From Clostridia bacterium (GTDB lineage Bacteria; Bacillota; Clostridia; Christensenellales; Aristaeellaceae): 64,000 nt of DNA. Under the pieces are notes generated by a model that saw only the letters and a list, made by a program, of their open reading frames with translations, was not told the DNA's origin and made no database searches. Every line of letters begins with the position of its first letter. Position 1 is the first letter of the stretch. The translations under genes and the position numbers were made by a program. The stretch covers positions 40,253 to 104,252 of the forward strand of contig JAZRXJ010000085.1 in the NCBI GenBank assembly GCA_045600165.1, written 5' to 3'. Of this stretch, positions 39,341 to 47,870 are shown in pieces.

Positions 39341-39963
39341 CCTTTCGCAATTCTCAGAATTTCATCAAAGACCCGCGACACGGGCCAGTTTTCCTGCCGC
39401 CATTTGAGGTGCAGACCGTTTGCACGAATCGCTTTTGCGGCTCTGACAGCGTCCGGTCGGATCGAATCAAACTGCACCAGGACCTTATCGCTCTTTCCTG
39501 TGGCAATATAGTCAAGCTCATAGATGCTCTGGATCGTAAGCTGAACGAGCTCAAGATCGCCGTCTTCAGTTGAATAATCGAGATGTTTACTGATGAAATA
39601 CGGTTCGCTGTTCTGAAGATAGGTGAAACCGCAATAGGGATCCCGGGCGGCATAACGCAGATGCCGGATGTTGGACATTACACAGGTGCCCATGCACATG
39701 GGACAGGGCTCCATGGTCGTATACAGGACGCATGTGTGCAGATCGCTGATTGAATCTGTATCAGTCCGGCGGAGGATATTGGCTTCCGCATGGGAAATCC
39801 TTCGATTGATGGTATCCTTCTCGGCGGATCGGTTGTGATCCCGCAGCATGATTGTTCCGTCCGGACTGCACAGAACGCCGCCGATGGGCGTGCAGCCGTT
39901 ACGGAACGCTGTCCACGCTTCTTCAAAGGCAATTTTCCAGGGTTCGCTGATTTCATTCCACAC
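39337..39963 (-). CDS. CMP/dCMP-type zinc deaminase (nucleoside/tRNA-adenosine-deaminase-like) with extra C-terminal domain
   Basis: Zinc motifs 'HAEANILRR' and 'PCPMCMGT'. The start is taken at GTG 39963 (GGAGG 8 nt upstream); the track ORF extends to GTG 40017. Confidence 0.7.
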   Translation of the reverse strand: MWNEISEPWKIAFEEAWTAFRNGCTPIGGVLCSPDGTIMLRDHNRSAEKDTINRRISHAEANILRRTDTDSISDLHTCVLYTTMEPCPMCMGTCVMSNIRHLRYAARDPYCGFTYLQNSEPYFISKHLDYSTEDGDLELVQLTIQSIYELDYIATGKSDKVLVQFDSIRPDAVRAAKAIRANGLHLKWRQENWPVSRVFDEILRIAKG

Positions 39964-40036
39964 AGGCCGGACCTCCGTTTCTATGTTCGCTGCGGCTGGA
40001 CATGATCTGCCCGACACGCTTCGGTATACAGCGGGA

Positions 40037-41182
40037 TCAACGGCCGAACAGTTCAGCCGTCCGGATCATCCGCTCGGAAATCTTTACGCCGAAGGGGCAT
40101 CTGCTTTCACAGGACTGACAGCCCAGACATTCCGATGCGGTATGGGGAAGAGACAGATAGTGCTCGCGGATGGTCCCCGGGACCTCCGGCTGCATGGTTG
40201 CCAGATCGTAATACTTGTTGATGGTCGCGATATCCAGATCGGCGGGGCAGGGCCGGCAATGGGTGCAGTAGGTGCACTGGCCGTTATAGGAATGCTTCGG
40301 CGCGCCGGCTATTACAGACGCATAGTCTTTCTCATCATCGGTCGCGGTTTCGTACGCGACCGCAGCATCAATCTGTTCTTTGGTATCATAACCGCACATC
40401 GCGGCGCAGACTGCCGGACGGGTCAGTACGTAATGGATGCACTGCACCGGAGTCATACCGACTCCGAAGGGAGAACGGCTTGCGTCGAGCAGGCGCCCGC
40501 CTGCGAACGGCTTCATCACGGTCAGACCGACATCGTTTTCCACACATGTTTTATAGAATGCCGCACGGTCCGGATCGATCCCGCTGAGAGCAAGGTCAAA
40601 TTCATCCGCAAACAGGGTCTCAATGTTTTCACTGGCCGGAAGCATATCAAAGGCCGGATTGATGCTGAACAGGATCATTTCCACAAATCCGCTTTCAGCA
40701 GCCAGTTTGCCCATCTGAGGATTGTGGGTGCTCATGCCGATGTGGCGGATCCTGCCGAGCCGTTTCTGCTCCTTCACATAATCCATGAAGCCGGTCTTGT
40801 ACGCGTTTTCCCAGTCGGTAACGGAATCCACAAAGAAGATCATTCCGAGATCGATATAGTCTGTATCCATATCCTTCAGGAGATTTTCAAAGGCCGGGAT
40901 CACATCTTCCAGATTTCTGGATTTGTCACTCTGACCGTCCCGGAGAATGGAACCCAGATGCCCCTGCACGATCCAGTCTTCGCGCTTGTCATGAATGGCT
41001 TTCCCGATGATCCTCCTTGAGAGTTCATCCGGCATCCAGCAGTCGATGATGTTGATGCCTTTCTGCCCGGCATAGCGAATCAGTTCAACCGATTCCTCCT
41101 CCGGATGTCTGGACAGCCATTCGCCGCCGAAACCGATCTCGCTGACATTCAATCCGGTTTTTCCAAGTCGTCTGTAATTCAT
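40037..41182 (-). CDS. Aldo/keto reductase with C-terminal 2x[4Fe-4S] ferredoxin-like domain
   Basis: 'MNYRRLGKTGLNVSEIGFGGEW' is the AKR N-terminus (GGAGG upstream of ATG 41182). C-terminal 'CTYCTHCRPCP' and 'CLGCQSCESRCP' are cluster motifs. Confidence 0.85.
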   Translation of the reverse strand: MNYRRLGKTGLNVSEIGFGGEWLSRHPEEESVELIRYAGQKGINIIDCWMPDELSRRIIGKAIHDKREDWIVQGHLGSILRDGQSDKSRNLEDVIPAFENLLKDMDTDYIDLGMIFFVDSVTDWENAYKTGFMDYVKEQKRLGRIRHIGMSTHNPQMGKLAAESGFVEMILFSINPAFDMLPASENIETLFADEFDLALSGIDPDRAAFYKTCVENDVGLTVMKPFAGGRLLDASRSPFGVGMTPVQCIHYVLTRPAVCAAMCGYDTKEQIDAAVAYETATDDEKDYASVIAGAPKHSYNGQCTYCTHCRPCPADLDIATINKYYDLATMQPEVPGTIREHYLSLPHTASECLGCQSCESRCPFGVKISERMIRTAELFGR

Positions 41183-41307
41183 ATCGTTATTCCTCCTGTG
41201 TTGTTTGCTGATGACACTGAACTTATATAACAGAGATCGGATACGACCGGATAAAGTACCGGGTATCCTCTGAACAGTATCGATCCCGCTTATATCATGA
41301 CGCAGCT

Positions 41308-41757
41308 TTACAGAGTAAATATACAAAAGCACACGATTCCCACGATCGCGCCTCCAAAGATCTCCTTGGGAGTGTGACCGACTTTTTCTTTCAGCTTATC
41401 ACTGAACAAGTGTATCTTTTCCGGCGCACTGAGATCGACCAGCTTTGTGATGATCCGGCCCTGCTTTTCTGTTTCCAGACGGACACCCGCGGCGTCATAT
41501 ATGACAACAGCTGCCACTAACGCGCAAACGGCAAACAGGGGAGAACCAAATCCTTCCGTCGATCCAACCATCAAAGCCAAAGCAATGACCGAACCGGTAT
41601 GAGCAGAGGGCATTCTGCCGGAACCGATAAAGTTACGGATCTTCCACGCATGATTCTTACAACTGGTAATGATCCCTTTTGCAATCTGGGCGATGATCCA
41701 GGCAAGGGCCGCACACAATAAGCAGCGGTTCGTCAATATTTCCTGAATTGAATGCAT
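41308..41757 (-). CDS. Divergent PAP2 family membrane protein (DUF212)
   Basis: 149 aa with 'GSGRMPSAHTGSVIALA' and 'EKVGHTPKEIFGGAIVG', typical of acid phosphatase/vanadium-haloperoxidase-related DUF212 proteins. Confidence 0.75.
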   Translation of the reverse strand: MHSIQEILTNRCLLCAALAWIIAQIAKGIITSCKNHAWKIRNFIGSGRMPSAHTGSVIALALMVGSTEGFGSPLFAVCALVAAVVIYDAAGVRLETEKQGRIITKLVDLSAPEKIHLFSDKLKEKVGHTPKEIFGGAIVGIVCFCIFTL

Positions 41758-41948
41758 GATTTACCTTCCATTCCGTTTATTTCTGATATTTATCTCTTCT
41801 TATTCCATTCCGGCTCCCTGTTGCCCGGGAAGAAGAGATCTGCTACCGGTATCAATATGATGATCTGACCAGTGCATACCAGAATATTATAAACGAAGTA
41901 TAGAAAATTACAATATACACATGGAGGACCGATTACGGCACCCCGGAT

Positions 41949-41979
41949 GAAAATTGCCTCCCGGGGATCCCCGGGAGGC
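41949..41979 (-). terminator. Rho-independent terminator after the flavoprotein gene
   Basis: 24-nt perfect palindrome GCCTCCCGGGGATCCCCGGGAGGC (41956-41979), followed on the minus strand by AATTTTC. Confidence 0.8.
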
Positions 41980-42059
41980 TTGCTGCATCATTTGTTCTTC
42001 AGTCGTACAATCGTCTGGCATATCTGTTTTGCGTGATTGCGGGAAACGCCGGTTTCTGT

Positions 42060-42740
42060 TTACGATATACCGTTGACCCTTCGTATGTATTCATCGTTTG
42101 GGATCATCAGAGATTCCAGCGCTTTGATGGTTTCGGGGGCAAGTGTACCGGTAAGGGCATATTGCTTTCCGGCTTCGCGGAAAAGCGCACGCTTCGGTTC
42201 CGATACAGGGGCGGCTTCCGCTATGTTCATAAGCGGTGTTTCCGGAACGCAAACGGAAGTCAGATTGGGGAAACATTTCGAAACGATGATTTTTGCCGCG
42301 TCGAAATTGCCTTCGGAGTTCGGGAACCCGCAACCGGAGATCATGACAGTTTTTAATCTGTTGAAATCGAAGGAAGAGACATGTCTGACAACGCCATTCT
42401 CTTCCGTCATTGCCATCTGAACGAGCGGGATAAGGCGGTCAACCACAGCCTTCAGATGGGAAGGCAGACCGTAGCAGTACAGCGGGAAGCTGATAATGAT
42501 GAGATCCGTTTCCCTGATTTTCCGAAGGATCGTGTTCTGATCGTCATGGATCACGCACTGTCCGTCTCCCTTTGCCCAGCAGCCGAAACAGCCGTGACAG
42601 GGAGCAATGTTCTTCTCAATGACATTCACGATCTCAATTTCATGAGTGTTCTGACAGTTCAGCCCATCCAGAAAGGCTGTAGTGAGACACATCGTATCAC
42701 TTTTTGCTTTGGGGCTTCCGTTCAGTACCAGTACTTTCAA
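42060..42740 (-). CDS. Iron-sulfur flavoprotein (Isf-like NAD(P)H-dependent FMN reductase family)
   Basis: Flavodoxin-like start '(M)KVLVLNGSPKAKS'. Compact cluster motif 'CHGCFGCWAKGDGQC' (CX2CX2CX7C). TTG start 8 nt after GGAGG. Confidence 0.75.
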   Translation of the reverse strand: MKVLVLNGSPKAKSDTMCLTTAFLDGLNCQNTHEIEIVNVIEKNIAPCHGCFGCWAKGDGQCVIHDDQNTILRKIRETDLIIISFPLYCYGLPSHLKAVVDRLIPLVQMAMTEENGVVRHVSSFDFNRLKTVMISGCGFPNSEGNFDAAKIIVSKCFPNLTSVCVPETPLMNIAEAAPVSEPKRALFREAGKQYALTGTLAPETIKALESLMIPNDEYIRRVNGIS

Positions 42741-42742
42741 CG

Positions 42743-43327
42743 TCAGATCCTCCTTTCATACAGGCCGTGATGGTTGCAGAAGCAAAAGAGCTTCCCGTGG
42801 CCGGCAATGCGGAAACGACAGTATGCTTCCTGCTCGGGATAAAGCTTTTCTACCTGAAGACAACTGTCTGTCGCGTAGACGATGAAACAGACATAATGTG
42901 ACTTCTCCATCGGATGGTCAACGGAAACGAAATACTCACCGTCGATCTTCTCACACAGAATGTTATGATCCGGATCACAATCTTCCGGTTCAAGCGGCGG
43001 CAGGGTGATGCCGCAACAGCTGACAACAGCATTACCGATGGTATGGATCACATTGCCGCAGACCGGACAAACGTGCCACTGACCGCGTTTGATGTTGGCG
43101 GAAGTGTTGCGGTTCACGACTGTGTAGCCGGAGATGAACTCTATGAGGGACACATTGAGCGCCTTTGAAAGCGGCTCCAGAAGAGTAATATCCGGCAATC
43201 CCTTTCCGTTCTCCCATTTCGAGACGGTCTTGTTACTGACATTCAGAAGACCTGCAAGTTCCGCCTGTGTCATGTGTTCCTTTTCACGCAGTGTACGGAT
43301 CATATTCCCGATGACACAACTGTCCAT
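42743..43327 (-). CDS. XRE-family HTH fused to desulfoferrodoxin (HTH-Dx-SOR)
   Basis: HTH 'MTQAELAGLLNVSNKTVSKWENGKGLP'. Desulforedoxin site 'CPVC-x13-CC'. SOR centre II pattern 'DH', 'HPMEKSH', 'CNHHG'. ATG 43327 has GGAGG 7 nt upstream. Confidence 0.75.
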   Translation of the reverse strand: MDSCVIGNMIRTLREKEHMTQAELAGLLNVSNKTVSKWENGKGLPDITLLEPLSKALNVSLIEFISGYTVVNRNTSANIKRGQWHVCPVCGNVIHTIGNAVVSCCGITLPPLEPEDCDPDHNILCEKIDGEYFVSVDHPMEKSHYVCFIVYATDSCLQVEKLYPEQEAYCRFRIAGHGKLFCFCNHHGLYERRI

Positions 43328-43348
43328 AACGTCACCTCCGCTGCTCCC

Positions 43349-43377
43349 ATTGTATAGCAGGTCGGGGCTTTTCACAA
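43349..43377 (-). promoter_or_regulatory. Promoter of the HTH-Dx-SOR / Isf operon
   Basis: On the minus strand: TTGTGA (43372-43377), 17-bp spacer, TACAAT (43349-43354). Confidence 0.5.
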
Positions 43378-43480
43378 TCTACCGTGCGTGGACACCGGTG
43401 AGAGAACTGCAGGCGGCATGGCGAAACCGACAGACAGGCATTGCGTGATACATATGAGCGGCACGTTTCCGGATGCTTCA

Positions 43481-44149
43481 TTACCTGATCGCTATATAGA
43501 CATCCATACTTTCGCCGTCTGTCTCAAAACAGGGGATAACGCCATTTTCTTCATGTTCCAGCCCGTTTGTTCTCATATAGTCATTCAATGTCCCGTAAGC
43601 ACCGGGAATCGTGACAAACGGATCATCAAAAGGCCTGTCAATATGAATGGCCACATATTTGTGTCTGGGTTGTTCTTTGACCTGAAGACCTTCAGGGGTC
43701 ACCCCGTCCGGGAGGACCCAGGCGGCTGTATATCCGTGCATGTTGAACACATTGATCTGTTCGACCGACAGTTTCGGGAAGTCCCATCCGATGACTCTCG
43801 GATGGTCTGTTCCATTTTCTTTCGCATATTTATATACGCGATCCAGGGCATCGCTTTCGGGATCTGTACTGATCACGGTATGCTCAACATACCGGAACGC
43901 CGGTACGGTTTCGATACGCAGGTTTGTATATTTATCACTTCTCTTATCCATCTCTTCCCTGAACAGATTATCCAGTGAACAGTTGAATATTTTACAGAGT
44001 TCAAGAGCTTTTTCCATTTCAGGTTTTGCTGCATCCATCTCCCACTTTGAAATGGTCTGACGGCTGATATTCACTTTATCCGCCAATTGTTCCTGTGTCA
44101 TATTTCCACTGAGCTGACGAAGATACTGTATATTATTTCCGAAACTCAT
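43481..44149 (-). CDS. XRE-family transcriptional regulator with GyrI-like effector-binding domain
   Basis: HTH 'MTQEQLADKVNISRQTISKWEMDAAKP', then 'ETVPAFRYVEHTVIS...' as a GyrI/SbmC-like domain. ATG 44149 has an AAGGAGAG SD. Confidence 0.75.
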   Translation of the reverse strand: MSFGNNIQYLRQLSGNMTQEQLADKVNISRQTISKWEMDAAKPEMEKALELCKIFNCSLDNLFREEMDKRSDKYTNLRIETVPAFRYVEHTVISTDPESDALDRVYKYAKENGTDHPRVIGWDFPKLSVEQINVFNMHGYTAAWVLPDGVTPEGLQVKEQPRHKYVAIHIDRPFDDPFVTIPGAYGTLNDYMRTNGLEHEENGVIPCFETDGESMDVYIAIR

Positions 44150-44307
44150 GTTCCCGCTCTCCTTTTCAAATGACTGTAATGGATTGAACTTTGCGCCGCG
44201 TCGCAGGTACAGATTAACACAGAATACGGATCTGGACCACCAACTTCCGGATGCAATATCGGCAGGTTCCGCAACTGTAGGTTGCGCACTATTATACGTG
44301 GATCCGC

Positions 44308-44358
44308 TTGACAAGCGACCAAATGGTCGCTAAATTATTTATGCGACCATTTGGTCGC
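44308..44358 (+). promoter_or_regulatory. TetR promoter with two copies of a 16-bp palindromic operator
   Basis: TTGACA (44308-44313), 17-bp spacer, TAAATT (44331-44336). GCGACCAAATGGTCGC (44315-44330) fills the spacer. GCGACCATTTGGTCGC (44343-44358) covers the predicted start-site region. Confidence 0.6.
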
Positions 44359-44381
44359 TTTACTCCATTGGAGGGATCAAT

Positions 44382-44972
44382 ATGAGCAAGGATACGAAAG
44401 ACAGGATTCTGGACGAAGCGCTGAGCTGTTTCTCGGAAAACGGGTACAGAGGGACCAATCTCCGTGATTTCGCGGCCGGTATGGGTTTGAGCAAATCTGC
44501 TCTGTACAGCCATTTTGACAGCAAGGAAGCCATCTGGAATGCTTTGCTTGACAGGATGGAAACATATTATGATCAACGATTCGGCTCGCCGGAAAATATG
44601 CCGGAGGTACCGAAAAGTGCCAATGATTTTTACTCCCTTGTCATGCAAATGGTGAATTTCACGGTCCATGACGAAAAAATCATACTGACCCGTAAACTGC
44701 TTCTGACAGAACAGTTTCATGATGACCGTGTTAAAAAGCTGGCAACAAAGCACTTCATGAACGGAACGAAGGAAATCTTTCAAGGTATTTTTGAAAAAAT
44801 GATTGAGAACGGAATTATGAAGAAGTATGAACCGGAGATGCTGGCACTCGTTTTTACGTCTCCGATTACTTCACTTATTCATTACTGTGACCGTGAACCA
44901 GATCAGGAACCGGAAATCATGAATCAGATCATGGATTTTGTTAAGCTTTTTATCTCCGCATATTGTAAATAA
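44382..44972 (+). CDS. TetR/AcrR-family transcriptional regulator
   Basis: N-terminal HTH 'KDRILDEALSCFSENGYRGTNLRDFAAGMGLSKSALYSHFDSKEAI'. SD GGAGGG. Confidence 0.9.
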   Translation: MSKDTKDRILDEALSCFSENGYRGTNLRDFAAGMGLSKSALYSHFDSKEAIWNALLDRMETYYDQRFGSPENMPEVPKSANDFYSLVMQMVNFTVHDEKIILTRKLLLTEQFHDDRVKKLATKHFMNGTKEIFQGIFEKMIENGIMKKYEPEMLALVFTSPITSLIHYCDREPDQEPEIMNQIMDFVKLFISAYCK

Positions 44973-44991
44973 GTGAAAGGAGCGCTGCAGC

Positions 44992-45759
44992 ATGTGCACA
45001 GGATTTACCAGAAAAGGGAAGGATATCATCACGGGATTCAATTTTGATATGAACATCGGCGGCATGGATTACTGCCCGGTGATTGAAAAGGACCGGGTGT
45101 ATCTGGGAATGAGATTATCCCCAGAAATTCTTGCAATGATGCCTCCGGCTGTCCGGCCGAAGAACGGGATCCGGCTGATCCAGGGAGTCAGTGCCGGCGG
45201 GCACGTGGCAGGACAGCTCATGAACCTGAATTTTCATAAGGTGCCCGAGGTCTTTGAACCGGACATGCTCACCAACGATCTGGTGACGGATATGTTTGTG
45301 ACAGACCGGTATTCGTGCAAACAGCTGATGGAGCTGCTGGAAAAACGACAAGTGTACAATATACCAGGAAATACCGGAACGCCTGTGGCACTTCACAGCC
45401 TGTTTACGGATCCGGAAGGAAATACTGTCTTCGTGGAACCAGGGAACGGATATGCCGTGATTCGGGAACGGTACTTCACAGTCACGAATTTTTCCATTCT
45501 GGAACCGCCGTTGGATCTGAATGAGGATCAGTTTGGTTTCTACGGAGTGGACCGGTACAGAAAATCTCTGAATATTCTGAAAAACAGCACGGATGATTTC
45601 GCCGTCGCGGACGGTCTGAAACTGCTGAATGAAGTGAAGCAGACCGGTGAGTGGGGGACCCGCTTCTCCTTTGTTTACTCGAAAAATGAAGATACCGTCT
45701 ATTACTGCACGGAGGGTGATTTTGACCATGTGCAGGTGCACCATTTCTCTGAACAGTGA
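44992..45759 (+). CDS. Small cytoplasmic Ntn hydrolase (choloylglycine hydrolase / linear amide C-N hydrolase family)
   Basis: It begins 'MCTGFT', so Cys2 becomes the N-terminal nucleophile after Met removal. 255 aa. SD AAGGAG. 19 nt downstream of the TetR gene. Confidence 0.7.
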   Translation: MCTGFTRKGKDIITGFNFDMNIGGMDYCPVIEKDRVYLGMRLSPEILAMMPPAVRPKNGIRLIQGVSAGGHVAGQLMNLNFHKVPEVFEPDMLTNDLVTDMFVTDRYSCKQLMELLEKRQVYNIPGNTGTPVALHSLFTDPEGNTVFVEPGNGYAVIRERYFTVTNFSILEPPLDLNEDQFGFYGVDRYRKSLNILKNSTDDFAVADGLKLLNEVKQTGEWGTRFSFVYSKNEDTVYYCTEGDFDHVQVHHFSEQ

Positions 45760-45820
45760 CAGGTCGGAGATGAACGTCCGGAATCGATACAGGGGCTGAA
45801 GAAAGGCGGCAACAGTATTC

Positions 45821-46255
45821 ATGAAAAAGTGTTCCCCTATGAAACGTGTTCTTTTTGTACTGCTTATGTGCACCTGGGCTTTACCGCAGACGCTGATCGG
45901 TCTGGGCTTTTTCATAGCAAACAGAAAGCGCCCGCACAGAATGTACCGCGGAAGCATCGATACTCAGTGGAATTATCACGGCGGTCTGAGCCTCGGACTG
46001 TTCATTTTCACACCGCCGGACGGTCAGGAGAATGCTCCGCTGATCCGGGTACACGAATACGGCCACTGCATTCAGTCGCTCGTCATGGGACCTCTGATGC
46101 TTTTCGTCGGTATCGTCTCAGTCCTCTGGGGAGATCTTCCGTATTATTCAAGGCTTCGGAAAGAAAGGAACCTTCCGTATACCGCCTGCTTTGCCGAAGC
46201 GTGGGCCAGCAGATGGGGAGAAAAAGTGACCGGCGAAAAAGCCATATGGCAATAA
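45821..46255 (+). CDS. Membrane protein with HExxH motif (putative zinc metallopeptidase-like)
   Basis: Hydrophobic segments flank 'IRVHEYGHCIQS' (HExxH). 144 aa. No family recognised. Confidence 0.5.
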   Translation: MKKCSPMKRVLFVLLMCTWALPQTLIGLGFFIANRKRPHRMYRGSIDTQWNYHGGLSLGLFIFTPPDGQENAPLIRVHEYGHCIQSLVMGPLMLFVGIVSVLWGDLPYYSRLRKERNLPYTACFAEAWASRWGEKVTGEKAIWQ

Positions 46256-46268
46256 AAAGGAAATATTC

Positions 46269-46457
46269 ATGATGATTCTTGAAACGGAACGGCTGTACCT
46301 CCGGGAAATGACGAATGACGATTATGACGCGCTGTACGCAGTGCTTGCGGACAGCAATATCATGCAGCACTATCCCTATTCCTTTGATGAGAGCCGGGTC
46401 AGGAGCTGGATCTCGCGAAATTGTGAACGGTATGCCCGGGACGGATGTGATCTGTAA
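46269..46457 (+). pseudogene. Truncated GNAT (RimJ/RimL-like) N-acetyltransferase, N-terminal approx. 60 aa only
   Basis: 'ILETERLYLREMTNDDYDALYAVLADSNIMQHYPYSFDE' is the usual N-terminus of GNATs of about 180 aa. The ORF stops after 62 codons, before the acetyl-CoA-binding core. Confidence 0.6.
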
Positions 46458-46468
46458 GGAGAATGACA

Positions 46469-46894
46469 ATGACAAACGAACAAATGACTGAAAACATGAT
46501 CGCGTGGGCGAAGGAAAAGCTTGGGATCCGGGAATACGCCGGATGGTGTCTGTCCTTCATCGAAGACGCGCTTGAACAGAGCAACGATATTGAAATATTC
46601 GGCGGTGACAGCGCGAAGGAATCCTGTGAGATGTACAGCGACTCGCTCCGAACCGGTATTCCCGAAAAGGGCGCGTTCGTCTTTTACGACTGTCTCTGTC
46701 TGAGTGAGGACGGTCCTGTAAACTGGGGGCATTGCGGGATCTCTCTGGGAGACGGACAGGTTATTCATGCCTGGGATGTGGTCAGGATCGATGATTATCT
46801 GGAAATCGAACAGCTGACAGCGCTCACGGGCGACCATCCCCAATATCTCGGCTGGGTACCTTTGGAACGGGTGATGACGCAGAAACCGGAATAA
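46469..46894 (+). CDS. Small cytoplasmic NlpC/P60- or CHAP-like cysteine peptidase-fold protein
   Basis: Candidate catalytic Cys in 'EYAGWCLSFIE' and His in 'WGHCGISLGDGQVIHA'. No signal peptide. ATG 46469 is 7 nt after AAGGAG. Confidence 0.5.
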   Translation: MTNEQMTENMIAWAKEKLGIREYAGWCLSFIEDALEQSNDIEIFGGDSAKESCEMYSDSLRTGIPEKGAFVFYDCLCLSEDGPVNWGHCGISLGDGQVIHAWDVVRIDDYLEIEQLTALTGDHPQYLGWVPLERVMTQKPE

Positions 46895-46960
46895 ACAGTA
46901 TTGATGAAACGGGCATAATAAAGTATCTGAAAACTGCATTATTTAACAGGAGAAGAACAT

Positions 46961-47713
46961 ATGAATACCACCTATGAACACAAAAATGAACTGACTTTTA
47001 TCGGTTTCCATACCGCGATCGCACCGGATGAAGGCAACCGGAAATGCCCGGAATTCTGGGATAAGGAATTCAACGAAAAGTATGCCCGTCTCTGGCAGAC
47101 CATGAGACCTGAAACACCGGTCGAAACGGCGATCCTCAAAAACGGTATTGGGATGTATGCCATCTGTGCTGACGGTGAAAACGGATTTGCCTACTGGATC
47201 GCGGGGCTTTACAAGGGCGGCGAAGTGCCGGATGGGCTCGAACTGTTCACCTTCCCGGAAAGCGACTGGGCAATCTTCTCCGCAAGAGGACCGCTTCCGA
47301 TATCCTTGCAGGAACTCAATACGCGGGTATGGAACGAATGGGCTCCGGTTATTAATAAGGAGTACGAAATCTATCCCTCATCCGTCGAACTTTATTCCGC
47401 GGGAAATCCGCAGTCGCCGGATTATGAATGCGGTATCTGGGTCCCGATCAGAAAAAAGACAGATCGGAAGATCTGCCAGAGCTGCGGAATGCCGATGGAA
47501 TCGGACGAGACCTTTGGCACAAACGCGGACGGAAGCCGTAATGAAGATTATTGCAAATACTGCTACGTAAACGGCGAATTCATCGACAAGGTATCAATGC
47601 AGGAATATATCGAGATGTGCAGTCAGTTCGGCGCGCAGGCCGGCATGACCAACGAAGAAATGAAAGCGTATTGTGAGAAACTGTTTCCGACACTGAAACG
47701 CTGGAATCAATAA
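46961..47713 (+). CDS. GyrI-like small-molecule-binding domain fused to a C-terminal zinc-ribbon domain
   Basis: 'LTFIGFHTAI...AIFSARGPLP...NEWAP' is GyrI/AraC-effector-like. 'CQSCGMPM...DYCKYCYVNGEF' is a zinc ribbon. Confidence 0.7.
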   Translation: MNTTYEHKNELTFIGFHTAIAPDEGNRKCPEFWDKEFNEKYARLWQTMRPETPVETAILKNGIGMYAICADGENGFAYWIAGLYKGGEVPDGLELFTFPESDWAIFSARGPLPISLQELNTRVWNEWAPVINKEYEIYPSSVELYSAGNPQSPDYECGIWVPIRKKTDRKICQSCGMPMESDETFGTNADGSRNEDYCKYCYVNGEFIDKVSMQEYIEMCSQFGAQAGMTNEEMKAYCEKLFPTLKRWNQ

Positions 47714-47720
47714 AAACATA

Positions 47721-47745
47721 GTGCCGGCAGCATCACTGCCGGCTT
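47721..47745 (+). terminator. Possible terminator after the GyrI-Zn-ribbon gene
   Basis: 8-bp stem GCCGGCAG / CTGCCGGC, loop CATCA, with only a weak T-tract. Confidence 0.5.
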
Positions 47746-47870
47746 AACTGTATCTGGTTTTGCCAATGCCGGGACAGGATAAAATTCCGTTTTGTTGCTA
47801 AAAAAGGCTGATTCTACTTCTGAAAGGTGTGAGCTTGGAGGAATATTGAATTATCCCCTAAAAAACATAT

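Noticed and set aside
41792-41839. 10-bp perfect stem ATCTCTTCTT / AAGAAGAGAT with a 28-nt loop upstream of the DUF212 gene, considered as an attenuator or riboswitch
   Set aside because: No U-tract follows it on the minus strand and no conserved riboswitch core is visible. The true terminator of the upstream operon is the GC-rich palindrome at 41956-41979.
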